Source: Macrostomum lignano (Eukaryota). Taken from it: a stretch of 64,000 nucleotides of DNA. Shown piece by piece: positions 38,960-50,630 of the stretch (its first letter is position 1; every line of letters starts with the position of its first letter). The DNA lies in contig NIVC01001710.1 in the NCBI GenBank assembly GCA_002269645.1, forward strand, positions 1-64,000, given 5' to 3'. The position numbers and the translations under genes were made by a program. The notes beneath the pieces are model-generated. The model worked only from the letters and a program-made list of their open reading frames with translations, was not told where the DNA came from and ran no database searches.

Positions 38960-40914
38960 TAGATTAAGTCTATGGTTTCAGACTTGGATAATGATCACAG
39001 TCACGAGTGGCGAAGCCACGAGTGACTGCTGATCATTATTTAATTCTGAAACCATAGACATAATCGCATTATCATATAGACTAGCGTTTTCGGTTGATCA
39101 TTATGTAACGCCATTAAGCCACGCCATTAAGTAACGCTGCAGTGTCTTCGTGCCATAGATATTGGCTCGGCAGTGAGCAGGGACAAGGGAGCGCAGCTCC
39201 CTTGCGGGGGTGTGGGGGCAGAGCCCCCACTAATTGGACCATAGACAATTTTTTAGAATACAGTTCTCTAAAAGAAAAGCTCGACCATGAAGTCTGTTAG
39301 GAAGTTAAGAACTAGAAGCAAGAAGCGAGAGAAATCGAATTAAAAATGCCTCTTATCAACTGGAAAAACCTACCGGTCGACAGTTTAGATGGCGTCTCGT
39401 CTACTGAACTAGATTTTCTGAGTGAACTGAGCGCCGTGAACCACAGTTCCGATGAAATTCTTGGAGATTTTATCGACTACCTGACTAAAATCGAGACGGC
39501 TGATGAGGCCGCTGCGGTTTCTAGTGTCGAGCTTCCAGAACTATCTGATTTACCCAGTGCGATGGATGTTGCCGAACTGGAATCACTGCCGAGCACTACA
39601 CGAGAACACATGTTTCTGTATGGCAAAATGTTCGTGGAGTTTTTGAAGAAACATGGTGCTGTGGATGTAAGCGTGATCAGTGACAGTCGCTTGGCCGAAT
39701 TTTTAAGGTTCTTTTACTTCTGTCTAAAAAAATCTGACGGCAGTTGCTATTCGCCAGCTACGTTGGTCTGCATTCGTGCTGGAGTGCAGAGGTACTTGAC
39801 TCTCGTGCTGAAGCGTCGAACAAATATTATTTCCAGTGACGAGTTCGCCACTGCCAACCGGATGCTGCGAGTAAAGGTGCGGCATTTTCATGCTGATGGA
39901 GGCACTGTCAATCAGCACGAGCCAATAGAAGAAGGTGATTTACAGAAAATGCGTGCTTATTTTGACCGTTCTACAGCAGAACGGTTGCAAGATGAAGTAC
40001 TATTTACGCTGCTGTATGTCCTGGGCGAGAGAGGTCAAGAACACCTGTCAAGTCTAAAGCAAGTTGGCACGCTCCAAGAAGAAGTCGACGCTGATGGGAA
40101 TCCATATCTTGCGTTGCCGCCGTTAAAGACAAAAAACCAGACTAGCGATCCAACAAAATGCAAGGGAAATCAGCGCAAACAGAGTCGGATCTACGGCGCT
40201 CAGCGGGAGTTGATCCTGCATTATCAGAGTTTGTTACCGCAGAATTCGTCCTCGTTCTTTCCGCGCCCTCTGACTAACAATTCGGGAGGACAAATTCGAT
40301 TCTCTGCTACGCAAGTGCGCGGTGTCAATTGGTTGGCTGCATTCATGAAGCACGTTAGTAGTGTGTGCAACCTCTCCAAGCAGTACACGAATCACTGCAT
40401 ACGCGTCACGCGTATTGCGGATCTTTTCGACAAAGGAATGCCTATGGGGAGATAATGGCGGTAACGGGACAACGATCGGAGTCCACTGTTCGACGTTATC
40501 TCGCACGCAAGCGTGACAGAACCCTCAGGAAGGTTGCTACCGCTGTTAGTGACAATTTGGCCGCACCAACCGATGCGACTACGAGTGCAACCACTAGTGC
40601 AACAGTCATGCAGCAAGCTCAAGTTGACCTGCGAAGTGTGCAACAGCCGATGTTTGCCAACTGCCTCTTCGATGGGTGCACGTTCAAATTCTAACAAAGA
40701 ATATATAGCTCGTACTTATAAGTCTTAACTGTCGAAAATCAAATACTTTGGTATTCGTTTGCTTTGCTATATCCTCGATCTGTTTCCTGTTAAAGTTCTT
40801 GTTGCTTAAATTAATAAAAGCAGTGAATTTCTCGCTCATAATCTATGGCAATTTATCGTGACTTAACAGCTTCATTAAAAAATGCATTAAAAAACGATAG
40901 TCTATATGATAATG
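38960..40914 (+). mobile_element. Crypton-type tyrosine-recombinase DNA transposon
   Basis: The YR ORF lies between 24-bp inverted repeats (39067-39090 and 40891-40914, 1 mismatch) and inner 10-bp IRs (39151-39160 and 40841-40850). A 100-bp hairpin abuts the left IR. Exact termini are not determined. Confidence 0.8.
39346..40694 (+). CDS. Crypton/DUF3504-type tyrosine recombinase (one 1-nt frameshift at about 40447)
   Basis: Motifs YSPATLVCIRAGVQRYL, LGERG (Arg), KTKNQ (Lys) and YTNHCIRVT (HxxR). After adding one G to the G-run the frame continues GEIMAVTGQRSESTVRRY (Tyr) and ends FANCLFDGCTFKF. Confidence 0.85.
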
Positions 40915-41014
40915 AGTAGTAAAAATACCTTCAAACATTGTTGGGATTGACAGTTTTACTATGAATTTGATTTTTGAGCAATAGTGAACTGCTTTTAGAC
41001 CGCAGTTGCGTAGT

Positions 41015-41103
41015 CTATACTGAGCATGCTGCTGGAGTTCTATGGCTTTTTCGTGCTCTTCGGGTATTCATTTCCGCTGCCGTCTAACCAGGCTTGCTGC
41101 TTT
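41015..41103 (+). pseudogene. Duplicated GOT1 fragment (3' part of exon 3 and start of intron 3)
   Basis: Matches 36355-36443 with a few substitutions. The intron homology resumes after the satellite at 48572-48650. Confidence 0.9.
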
Positions 41104-44100
41104 TTTAGTGTCCTGATGATTCTAGTAGTGTCCCTGTCTGAAGCCCAGTTTAGTGTCCTGATGATTCTAGTAGTGTCCCTGTCTGAAGCCCAGTTTAGTG
41201 TCCTGATGATTCTAGTAGTGTCCCTGTCTAAAGCCCAGTTTAGTGTCCTGATGATTCTAGTAGTGTCCCTGTCTGAAGCCCAGTTTAGTGTCCTGATGAT
41301 TTTAGTAGTGTCCCTGTCTGAAGCCCAGTTTAGTGTCCTGATGATTCTAGTAGTGTCCCTGTCTGAAGCCCAGCTTAGTGTCCTGATGATTCTAGTAGTG
41401 TCCCTGTCTGAAGCCCAGCTTAGTGTCCTGAGGATTCTAGTAGTGTCCCTGTCTGAAGCCCAGTTTAGTGTCCTGATGATTCTAGTAGTGTCCCTGTCTG
41501 AAGCTCAGTTTAGTGTCCTGATGATTCTAGTAGTGTCCCTGTCTGAAGCCCAGTTTAGTGTCCTGATGATTTTAGTAGTGTCCCTGTCTGAAGCCCAGTT
41601 TAGTGTCCTGATGATTCTAGTAGTGTCCCTGTCTGAAGCCCAGCTTAGTGTCCTGATGATTCTAGTAGTGTCCCTGTCTGAAGCCCAGTTTAGTGTCCTG
41701 ATGATTTTAGTAGTGTCCCTGTCTGAAGCCCAGTTTAGTGTCCTGATGATTCTAGTAGTGTCCCTGTCTGAAGCCCAGTTTAGTGTCCTGATGATTTTAG
41801 TAGTGTCCCTGTCTGAAGCCCAGTTTAGTGTCCTGATGATTCTAGTAGTGTCCCTGTCTGAAGCCCAGTTTAGTGTCCTGATGATTCTAGTAGTGTCCCT
41901 GTCTGAAGCCCAGCTTAGTGTCCTGATGATTCTAGTAGTGTCCCTGTCTGAAGCCCAGCTTAGTGTCCTGAGATTCTAGTAGTGTCCCTGTCTGAAGCCC
42001 AGTTTAGTGTCCTGATGATTCTAGTAGTGTCCCTGTCTGAAGCTCAGTTTAGTGTCCTGATGATTCTAGTAGTGTCCCTGTCTGAAGCCCAGTTTAGTGT
42101 CCTGATGATTTTAGTAGTGTCCCTGTCTGAAGCCCAGTTTAGTGTCCTGATGATTCTAGTAGTGTCCCTGTCTGAAGCCCAGCTTAGTGTCCTGATGATT
42201 CTAGTAGTGTCCCTGTCTGAAGCCCAGTTTAGTGTCCTGATGATTTTAGTAGTGTCCCTGTCTGAAGCCCAGTTTAGTGTCCTGATGATTCTAGTAGTGT
42301 CCCTGTCTGAAGCCCAGTTTAGTGTCCTGATGATTTTAGTAGTGTCCCTGTCTGAAGCCCAGTTTAGTGTCCTGATGATTTTAGTAGTGTCCCTGTCTGA
42401 AGCCCAGTTTAGTGTCCTGATGATTCTAGTAGTGTCCCTGTCTGAAGCTCAGTTTAGTGTCCTGATGATTCTAGTAGTGTCCCTGTCTGAAGCTCAGTTT
42501 AGTGTCCTGATGATTCTAGTAGTGTCCCTGTCTGAAGCCCAGTTTAGTGTCCTGATGATTTAGTAGTGTCCCTGTCTGAAGCCCAGTTTAGTGTCCTGAT
42601 GATTCTAGTAGTGTCCCTGTCTGAAGCCCAGTTAGTGTCCTGATGATTCTAGTAGTGTCCCTGTCTGAAGCCCAGTTTAGTGTCCTGATGATTTAGTAGT
42701 GTCCCTGTCTGAAGCCCAGTTTAGTGTCCTGATGATTCTAGTAGTGTCCCTGTCTGAAGCCCAGTTTAGTGTCCTGATGATTCTAGTAGTGTCCCTGTCT
42801 GAAGCTCAGTTTAGTGTCCTGATGATTCTAGTAGTGTCCCTGTCTGAAGCTCAGTTTAGTGTCCTGATGATTCTAGTAGTGTCCCTGTCTGAAGCTCAGT
42901 TTAGTGTCCTGATGATTCTAGTAGTGTCCCTGTCTGAAGCCCAGTTTAGTGTCCTGATGATTCTAGTAGTGTCCCTGTCTGAAGCCCAGTTTAGTGTCCT
43001 GATGATTCTAGTAGTGTCCCTGTCTGAAGCCCAGTTTAGTGTCCTGATGATTCTAGTAGTGTCCCTGCTGAAGCCCAGTTTAGTGTCCTGATGATTCTAG
43101 TAGTGTCCCTGCTGAAGCCCAGTTTAGTGTCCTGATGATTCTAGTAGTGTCCCTGTCTGAAGCTCAGTTTAGTGTCCTGATGATTCTAGTAGTGTCCCTG
43201 TCTGAAGCTCAGTTTAGTGTCCTGATGATTCTAGTAGTGTCCCTGTCTGAAGCCCAGTTTAGTGTCCTGATGATTCTAGTAGTGTCCCTGTCTGAAGCCC
43301 AGCTTAGTGTCCTGATGATTCTAGTAGTGTCCCTGTCTGAAGCCCAGCTTAGTGTCCTGATGATTTTAGTAGTGTCCCTGTCTGAAGCCCAGTTTAGTGT
43401 CCTGATGATTCTAGTAGTGTCCCTGTCTGAAGCCCAGTTTAGTGTCCTGATGATTCTAGTAGTGTCCCTGTCTGAAGCCCAGTTTAGTGTCCTGATGATT
43501 CTAGTAGTGTCCCTGTCTGAAGCCCAGTTTAGTGTCCTGATGATTCTAGTAGTGTCCCTGTCTGAAGCCAGTTTAGTGTCCTGATGATTCTAGTAGTGTC
43601 CCTGTCTGAAGCCCAGTTTAGTGTCCTGATGATTCTAGTAGTGTCCCTGTCTGAAGCCAGTTTAGTGTCCTGATGATTCTAGTAGTGTCCCTGTCTGAAG
43701 CCCAGTTTAGTGTCCTGATGATTCTAGTAGTGTCCCTGTCTGAAGCCCAGTTTAGTGTCCTGATGATTCTAGTAGTGTCCCTGTCTGAAGCCCAGTTTAG
43801 TGTCCTGATGATTCTAGTAGTGTCCCTGTCTGAAGCCCAGTTTAGTGTCCTGATGATTCTAGTAGTGTCCCTGTCTGAAGCCCAGTTTAGTGTCCTGATG
43901 ATTCTAGTAGTGTCCCTGTCTGAAGCCCAGTTTAGTGTCCTGATGATTCTAGTAGTGTCCCTGTCTGAAGCCCAGTTTAGTGTCCTGATGATTCTAGTAG
44001 TGTCCCTGTCTGAAGCCCAGTTTAGTGTCCTGATGATTCTAGTAGTGTCCCTGTCTGAAGCCAGTTTAGTGTCCTGATGATTCTAGTAGTGTCCCTGTCT

Positions 44101-47100
44101 GAAGCCCAGTTTAGTGTCCTGATGATTCTAGTAGTGTCCCTGTCTGAAGCCCAGTTTAGTGTCCTGATGATTCTAGTAGTGTCCCTGTCTGAAGCCCAGT
44201 TTAGTGTCCTGATGATTCTAGTAGTGTCCCTGTCTGAAGCCCAGTTTAGTGTCCTGATGATTCTAGTAGTGTCCCTGTCTGAAGCCCAGTTTAGTGTCCT
44301 GATGATTCTAGTAGTGTCCCTGTCTGAAGCCCAGTTTAGTGTCCTGATGATTCTAGTAGTGTCCCTGTCTGAAGCCCAGTTTAGTGTCCTGATGATTCTA
44401 GTAGTGTCCCTGTCTGAAGCCCAGTTTAGTGTCCTGATGATTCTAGTAGTGTCCCTGTCTGAAGCCCAGTTTAGTGTCCTGATGATTCTAGTAGTGTCCC
44501 TGTCTGAAGCCCAGTTTAGTGTCCTGATGATTCTAGTAGTGTCCCTGTCTGAAGCCCAGTTTAGTGTCCTGATGATTCTAGTAGTGTCCCTGTCTGAAGC
44601 CCAGTTTAGTGTCCTGATGATTCTAGTAGTGTCCCTGTCTGAAGCCCAGTTTAGTGTCCTGATGATTCTAGTAGTGTCCCTGTCTGAAGCCCAGTTTAGT
44701 GTCCTGATGATTCTAGTAGTGTCCCTGTCTGAAGCCCAGTTTAGTGTCCTGATGATTCTAGTAGTGTCCCTGTCTGAAGCCCAGTTTAGTGTCCTGATGA
44801 TTCTAGTAGTGTCCCTGTCTGAAGCCCAGTTTAGTGTCCTGATGATTCTAGTAGTGTCCCTGTCTGAAGCCCAGTTTAGTGTCCTGATGATTCTAGTAGT
44901 GTCCCTGTCTGAAGCCCAGTTTAGTGTCCTGATGATTCTAGTAGTGTCCCTGTCTGAAGCCCAGTTTAGTGTCCTGATGATTCTAGTAGTGTCCCTGTCT
45001 GAAGCCCAGTTTAGTGTCCTGATGATTCTAGTAGTGTCCCTGTCTGAAGCCCAGTTTAGTGTCCTGATGATTCTAGTAGTGTCCCTGTCTGAAGCCCAGT
45101 TAGTGTCCTGATGATTCTAGTAGTGTCCCTGTCTGAAGCCCAGTTTAGTGTCCTGATGATTCTAGTAGTGTCCCTGTCTGAAGCCCAGTTTAGTGTCCTG
45201 ATGATTCTAGTAGTGTCCCTGTCTGAAGCCCAGTTTAGTGTCCTGATGATTCTAGTAGTGTCCCTGTCTGAAGCCCAGTTTAGTGTCCTGATGATTCTAG
45301 TAGTGTCCCTGTCTGAAGCCCAGTTTAGTGTCCTGATGATTCTAGTAGTGTCCCTGTCTGAAGCCCAGTTTAGTGTCCTGATGATTCTAGTAGTGTCCCT
45401 GTCTGAAGCCCAGTTTAGTGTCCTGATGATTCTAGTAGTGTCCCTGTCTGAAGCCCAGTTTAGTGTCCTGATGATTCTAGTAGTGTCCCTGTCTGAAGCC
45501 CAGTTTAGTGTCCTGATGATTCTAGTAGTGTCCCTGTCTGAAGCCCAGTTTAGTGTCCTGATGATTCTAGTAGTGTCCCTGTCTGAAGCCCAGTTTAGTG
45601 TCCTGATGATTCTAGTAGTGTCCCTGTCTGAAGCCCAGTTTAGTGTCCTGATGATTCTAGTAGTGTCCCTGTCTGAAGCCCAGTTTAGTGTCCTGATGAT
45701 TCTAGTAGTGTCCCTGTCTGAAGCCCAGTTTAGTGTCCTGATGATTCTAGTAGTGTCCCTGTCTGAAGCCCAGTTTAGTGTCCTGATGATTCTAGTAGTG
45801 TCCCTGTCTGAAGCCCAGTTTAGTGTCCTGATGATTCTAGTAGTGTCCCTGTCTGAAGCCCAGTTTAGTGTCCTGATGATTCTAGTAGTGTCCCTGTCTG
45901 AAGCCCAGTTTAGTGTCCTGATGATTCTAGTAGTGTCCCTGTCTGAAGCCCAGTTTAGTGTCCTGATGATTCTAGTAGTGTCCCTGTCTGAAGCCCAGTT
46001 TAGTGTCCTGATGATTCTAGTAGTGTCCCTGTCTGAAGCCCAGTTTAGTGTCCTGATGATTCTAGTAGTGTCCCTGTCTGAAGCCAGTTTAGTGTCCTGA
46101 TGATTCTAGTAGTGTCCCTGTCTGAAGCCCAGTTTAGTGTCCTGATGATTCTAGTAGTGTCCCTGTCTGAAGCCCAGTTTAGTGTCCTGATGATTCTAGT
46201 AGTGTCCCTGTCTGAAGCCCAGTTTAGTGTCCTGATGATTCTAGTAGTGTCCCTGTCTGAAGCCCAGTTTAGTGTCCTGATGATTCTAGTAGTGTCCCTG
46301 TCTGAAGCCCAGTTTAGTGTCCTGATGATTCTAGTAGTGTCCCTGTCTGAAGCCCAGTTTAGTGTCCTGATGATTCTAGTAGTGTCCCTGTCTGAAGCCC
46401 AGTTTAGTGTCCTGATGATTCTAGTAGTGTCCCTGTCTGAAGCCCAGTTTAGTGTCCTGATGATTCTAGTAGTGTCCCTGTCTGAAGCCCAGTTTAGTGT
46501 CCTGATGATTCTAGTAGTGTCCCTGTCTGAAGCCCAGTTTAGTGTCCTGATGATTCTAGTAGTGTCCCTGTCTGAAGCCCAGTTTAGTGTCCTGATGATT
46601 CTAGTAGTGTCCCTGTCTGAAGCCCAGTTTAGTGTCCTGATGATTCTAGTAGTGTCCCTGTCTGAAGCCCAGTTTAGTGTCCTGATGATTCTAGTAGTGT
46701 CCCTGTCTGAAGCCCAGTTTAGTGTCCTGATGATTCTAGTAGTGTCCCTGTCTGAAGCCCAGTTTAGTGTCCTGATGATTCTAGTAGTGTCCCTGTCTGA
46801 AGCCCAGTTTAGTGTCCTGATGATTCTAGTAGTGTCCCTGTCTGAAGCCCAGTTTAGTGTCCTGATGATTCTAGTAGTGTCCCTGTCTGAAGCCCAGTTT
46901 AGTGTCCTGATGATTCTAGTAGTGTCCCTGTCTGAAGCCCAGTTTAGTGTCCTGATGATTCTAGTAGTGTCCCTGTCTGAAGCCCAGTTTAGTGTCCTGA
47001 TGATTCTAGTAGTGTCCCTGTCTGAAGCCCAGTTTAGTGTCCTGATGATTCTAGTAGTGTCCCTGTCTGAAGCCCAGTTTAGTGTCCTGATGATTCTAGT

Positions 47101-48571
47101 AGTGTCCCTGTCTGAAGCCCAGTTTAGTGTCCTGATGATTCTAGTAGTGTCCCTGTCTGAAGCCCAGTTTAGTGTCCTGATGATTCTAGTAGTGTCCCTG
47201 TCTGAAGCCCAGTTTAGTGTCCTGATGATTCTAGTAGTGTCCCTGTCTGAAGCCCAGTTTAGTGTCCTGATGATTCTAGTAGTGTCCCTGTCTGAAGCCC
47301 AGTTTAGTGTCCTGATGATTCTAGTAGTGTCCCTGTCTGAAGCCCAGTTTAGTGTCCTGATGATTCTAGTAGTGTCCCTGTCTGAAGCCCAGTTTAGTGT
47401 CCTGATGATTCTAGTAGTGTCCCTGTCTGAAGCCCAGTTTAGTGTCCTGATGATTCTAGTAGTGTCCCTGTCTGAAGCCCAGTTTAGTGTCCTGATGATT
47501 CTAGTAGTGTCCCTGTCTGAAGCCCAGTTTAGTGTCCTGATGATTCTAGTAGTGTCCCTGTCTGAAGCCCAGTTTAGTGTCCTGATGATTCTAGTAGTGT
47601 CCCTGTCTGAAGCCCAGTTTAGTGTCCTGATGATTCTAGTAGTGTCCCTGTCTGAAGCTCAGTTTAGTGTCCTGATGATTCTAGTAGTGTCCCTGTCTGA
47701 AGCCCAGTTTAGTGTCCTGATGATTCTAGTAGTGTCCCTGTCTGAAGCCCAGTTTAGTGTCCTGATGATTCTAGTAGTGTCCCTGTCTGAAGCCCAGTTT
47801 AGTGTCCTGATGATTCTAGTAGTGTCCCTGTCTGAAGCCCAGTTTAGTGTCCTGATGATTCTAGTAGTGTCCCTGTCTGAAGCCCAGTTTAGTGTCCTGA
47901 TGATTCTAGTAGTGTCCCTGTCTGAAGCCAGTTTAGTGTCCTGATGATTCTAGTAGTGTCCCTGTCTGAAGCCCAGTTTAGTGTCCTGATGATTCTAGTA
48001 GTGTCCCTGTCTGAAGCCCAGTTTAGTGTCCTGATGATTCTAGTAGTGTCCCTGTCTGAAGCCCAGTTTAGTGTCCTGATGATTCTAGTAGTGTCCCTGT
48101 CTGAAGCCCAGTTTAGTGTCCTGATGATTCTAGTAGTGTCCCTGTCTGAAGCCCAGTTTAGTGTCCTGATGATTCTAGTAGTGTCCCTGTCTGAAGCCCA
48201 GTTTAGTGTCCTGATGATTCTAGTAGTGTCCCTGTCTGAAGCCCAGTTTAGTGTCCTGATGATTCTAGTAGTGTCCCTGTCTGAAGCCCAGTTTAGTGTC
48301 CTGATGATTCTAGTAGTGTCCCTGTCTGAAGCCCAGTTTAGTGTCCTGATGATTCTAGTAGTGTCCCTGTCTGAAGCCCAGTTTAGTGTCCTGATGATTC
48401 TAGTAGTGTCCCTGTCTGAAGCCCAGTTTAGTGTCCTGATGATTCTAGTAGTGTCCCTGTCTGAAGCCCAGTTTAGTGTCCTGATGATTCTAGTAGTGTC
48501 CCTGTCTGAAGCTCAGTTTAGTGTCCTGATGATTCTAGTAGTGTCCCTGCCTGAAGCCCAGTTTAGTGTCC
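41104..48571. repeat. 45-bp satellite array, about 165 copies (TTTAGTGTCCTGATGATTCTAGTAGTGTCCCTGTCTGAAGCCCAG)n
   Basis: A highly homogeneous array about 7.46 kb long; the unit is present once at 36444-36488. Confidence 0.98.
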
Positions 48572-49558
48572 TTGGCGCCTAGTCCAGTGTCCCTGATGTC
48601 CAGTCAAGTGTCCCTGACCCCAGTCCAGTGTCCCTGACGCCCAGTCCAGCGTTTTATTGGTAAATTTTATTGGTACGCTGCCTGGGGTTTCATGATCTCT
48701 CTATAACCCTCTCCCCTTGGCTACGCTACTAGTGAAAAGACGGCCTTCCTATTTTTAAAAAAAATTAAAATCTGATTTTTCCAAATTCGCCGAAATAAAA
48801 AGTTTCAATTTGAATTCATCTGTTAGTAGTAACACATGTAAATGTAGTAGTTTTGGAATTTATTAAATATATTAATTAAATCCGCAATATACTTCAGTTT
48901 CTCTGTCAATTGCTGGCGTGGGAATCTGCGTAGCTGGCAACGCAAGAAGACTCTTGGATTTACGAGTTACGAGCTATATGTGTTAATCAGGGCTAATGGC
49001 TAGCCTTTAGAGATAGGATCGAGCGCGGACTTTTGAATTTCACGGTGAAGGCAGTGTTTATTTTATAGATCGTTCTTTGGATACAAAAATGGACGCTCTA
49101 TTTTAACTCGGTTTGTCTTGTTAATTGCAGCTTTTGTTGATTGGTTTGTGTTCAGTCTAGCTAACAAGTTACAGTTTTTTTGCGGCGCTTTCAGCTGTAA
49201 TCTCTATAATTATAGTTGTCATAAAAAATTGAAGACATGCAGTTTCAGTAGAGAAAACGTTTAAAGTGCTTCGCGCTTCACGTTGGCGTTGTTTGCAAAA
49301 TACAATTGTAAAATTAACGCTATTGCGATAGATTGCACCACTGAGGAATAATTATAATTGACACGAAACGCGTTTAAAATTGAATTATAGGGCTTTTTAC
49401 ACCGCCATTAAATTGGACCAATTTTTACATACTTCGATCGTGCATCCGATACGTGATATTTGATGGTTTTAATGGTGATTTGAGCGAGTCTACGGGCATA
49501 TCGCTATACCCGGAAACAAATTAAAATGTAGCTATCATCCAAATGTTATCAATGTTTA

Positions 49559-50630
49559 TTGTACCATGACCTTTGTGCACACTGGGCACTTATTCTTGCC
49601 TTTGAATGCCATATAGACTACATTTAAGCCCGCTTGCAGGAAAGAAATATCGAACAAATTGTCTATGTCAAAATTACTTTAATGCAAATTAGCGGGCAGT
49701 TAATGACATTTAACGCCCGGTTGTCTATGTCAAAATTACTTTAATGCAAATTAGCGGGCAGTTAATGACATTTAACACCCGATTGTCTATGTCAAACTTA
49801 CTTTAATGCAAATTAGCGGGCAGTTAATGACATTTAACGCCCGATTGTCTATGTCAAACTTACTTTAATGCAAATTAGCGGGCAGTTAAGTATCAGATTA
49901 AACATACCTTTTGATGGAGTTATTTGTATAAATCACGAGGGCCTGAGGCCCGAGGGATTTATGAAAATAACTCCCGAAAAAGGCATGTGTAATCTCGTAT
50001 AAACCATAGACATAAAGACTTTACGGGATATTATTGAATATTACCAAATAAAATTGCGTCCAAGAACGCAAATATTGTCACGGAAAGTCTTTATTTCTAT
50101 GGATTATTGACATTTAACGCCCGGTTGTCTATGTCAAACTTACTTTAATGCAAATTAGCGGGTAGTTAATATCATTAACTTCCCGCTAATTTTGTCCCAC
50201 TTTTTCAAGGACACAAATGTCTATGGCACAATGATAGGCGCCGTAGGCGCCCTCTGATTTCTCATTAACGCCCTTAAAGCATGGGTATTAATTTACTATT
50301 AATTTAATAGGTATGTACTATATGTACTATTAATTAATAATAATTAATTAATTAATTAATTATTTACTAAATTAATTAATATTAAATTTATTAATAAATT
50401 AATAAATAATTAATTAATTAAATAATAATATACTAATAATTGTTAATGATATTAACTGCCCGCTAATTTGCATTAGAGTAAGTTTGAAATAGACAATCGG
50501 GCGTTAAATGTCATTAACTGCCCGCTAATTTGCATTAAAGTAGGTGTGACTACTGCAAGCGGGCTTAAATGTAGTTTATGGCATTAAAAGGCAAGAATAA
50601 GTGCCCCGCGGGCACAAAGGTCATGGTACA
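49559..50630. mobile_element. Foldback element with about 80-bp TIRs and 62-bp subterminal tandem repeats
   Basis: TGTACCATGACCTTTGTGC...GCCCGCTTGCAG (49559-49639) is inverted at about 50551-50630. 62-bp units start at 49659, 49721, 49783 and 49845, with inverted copies at about 50455-50535 and an AT-only centre. Confidence 0.75.
49896..50102. mobile_element. Non-autonomous Crypton-like double-hairpin element
   Basis: An imperfect palindrome at 49896-49993 is centred on CGAG-GGCC-TGA-GGCC-CGAG, followed by a second IR at 50004-50022/50084-50102. It shares AAACCATAGACATAA with the Crypton hairpin at about 39049. Confidence 0.55.

Noticed and set aside
41104-48571. CRISPR array
   Set aside because: The units are contiguous and identical with no unique spacers, there are no cas genes, and the context is eukaryotic.
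41104-48571. Hammerhead ribozyme or C/D-box RNA in the 45-mer (CTGATGA ... CTGA)
   Set aside because: There is no GAAA core or stem II, the C and D boxes are too close with no terminal stem, and the unit derives from ordinary intron sequence.
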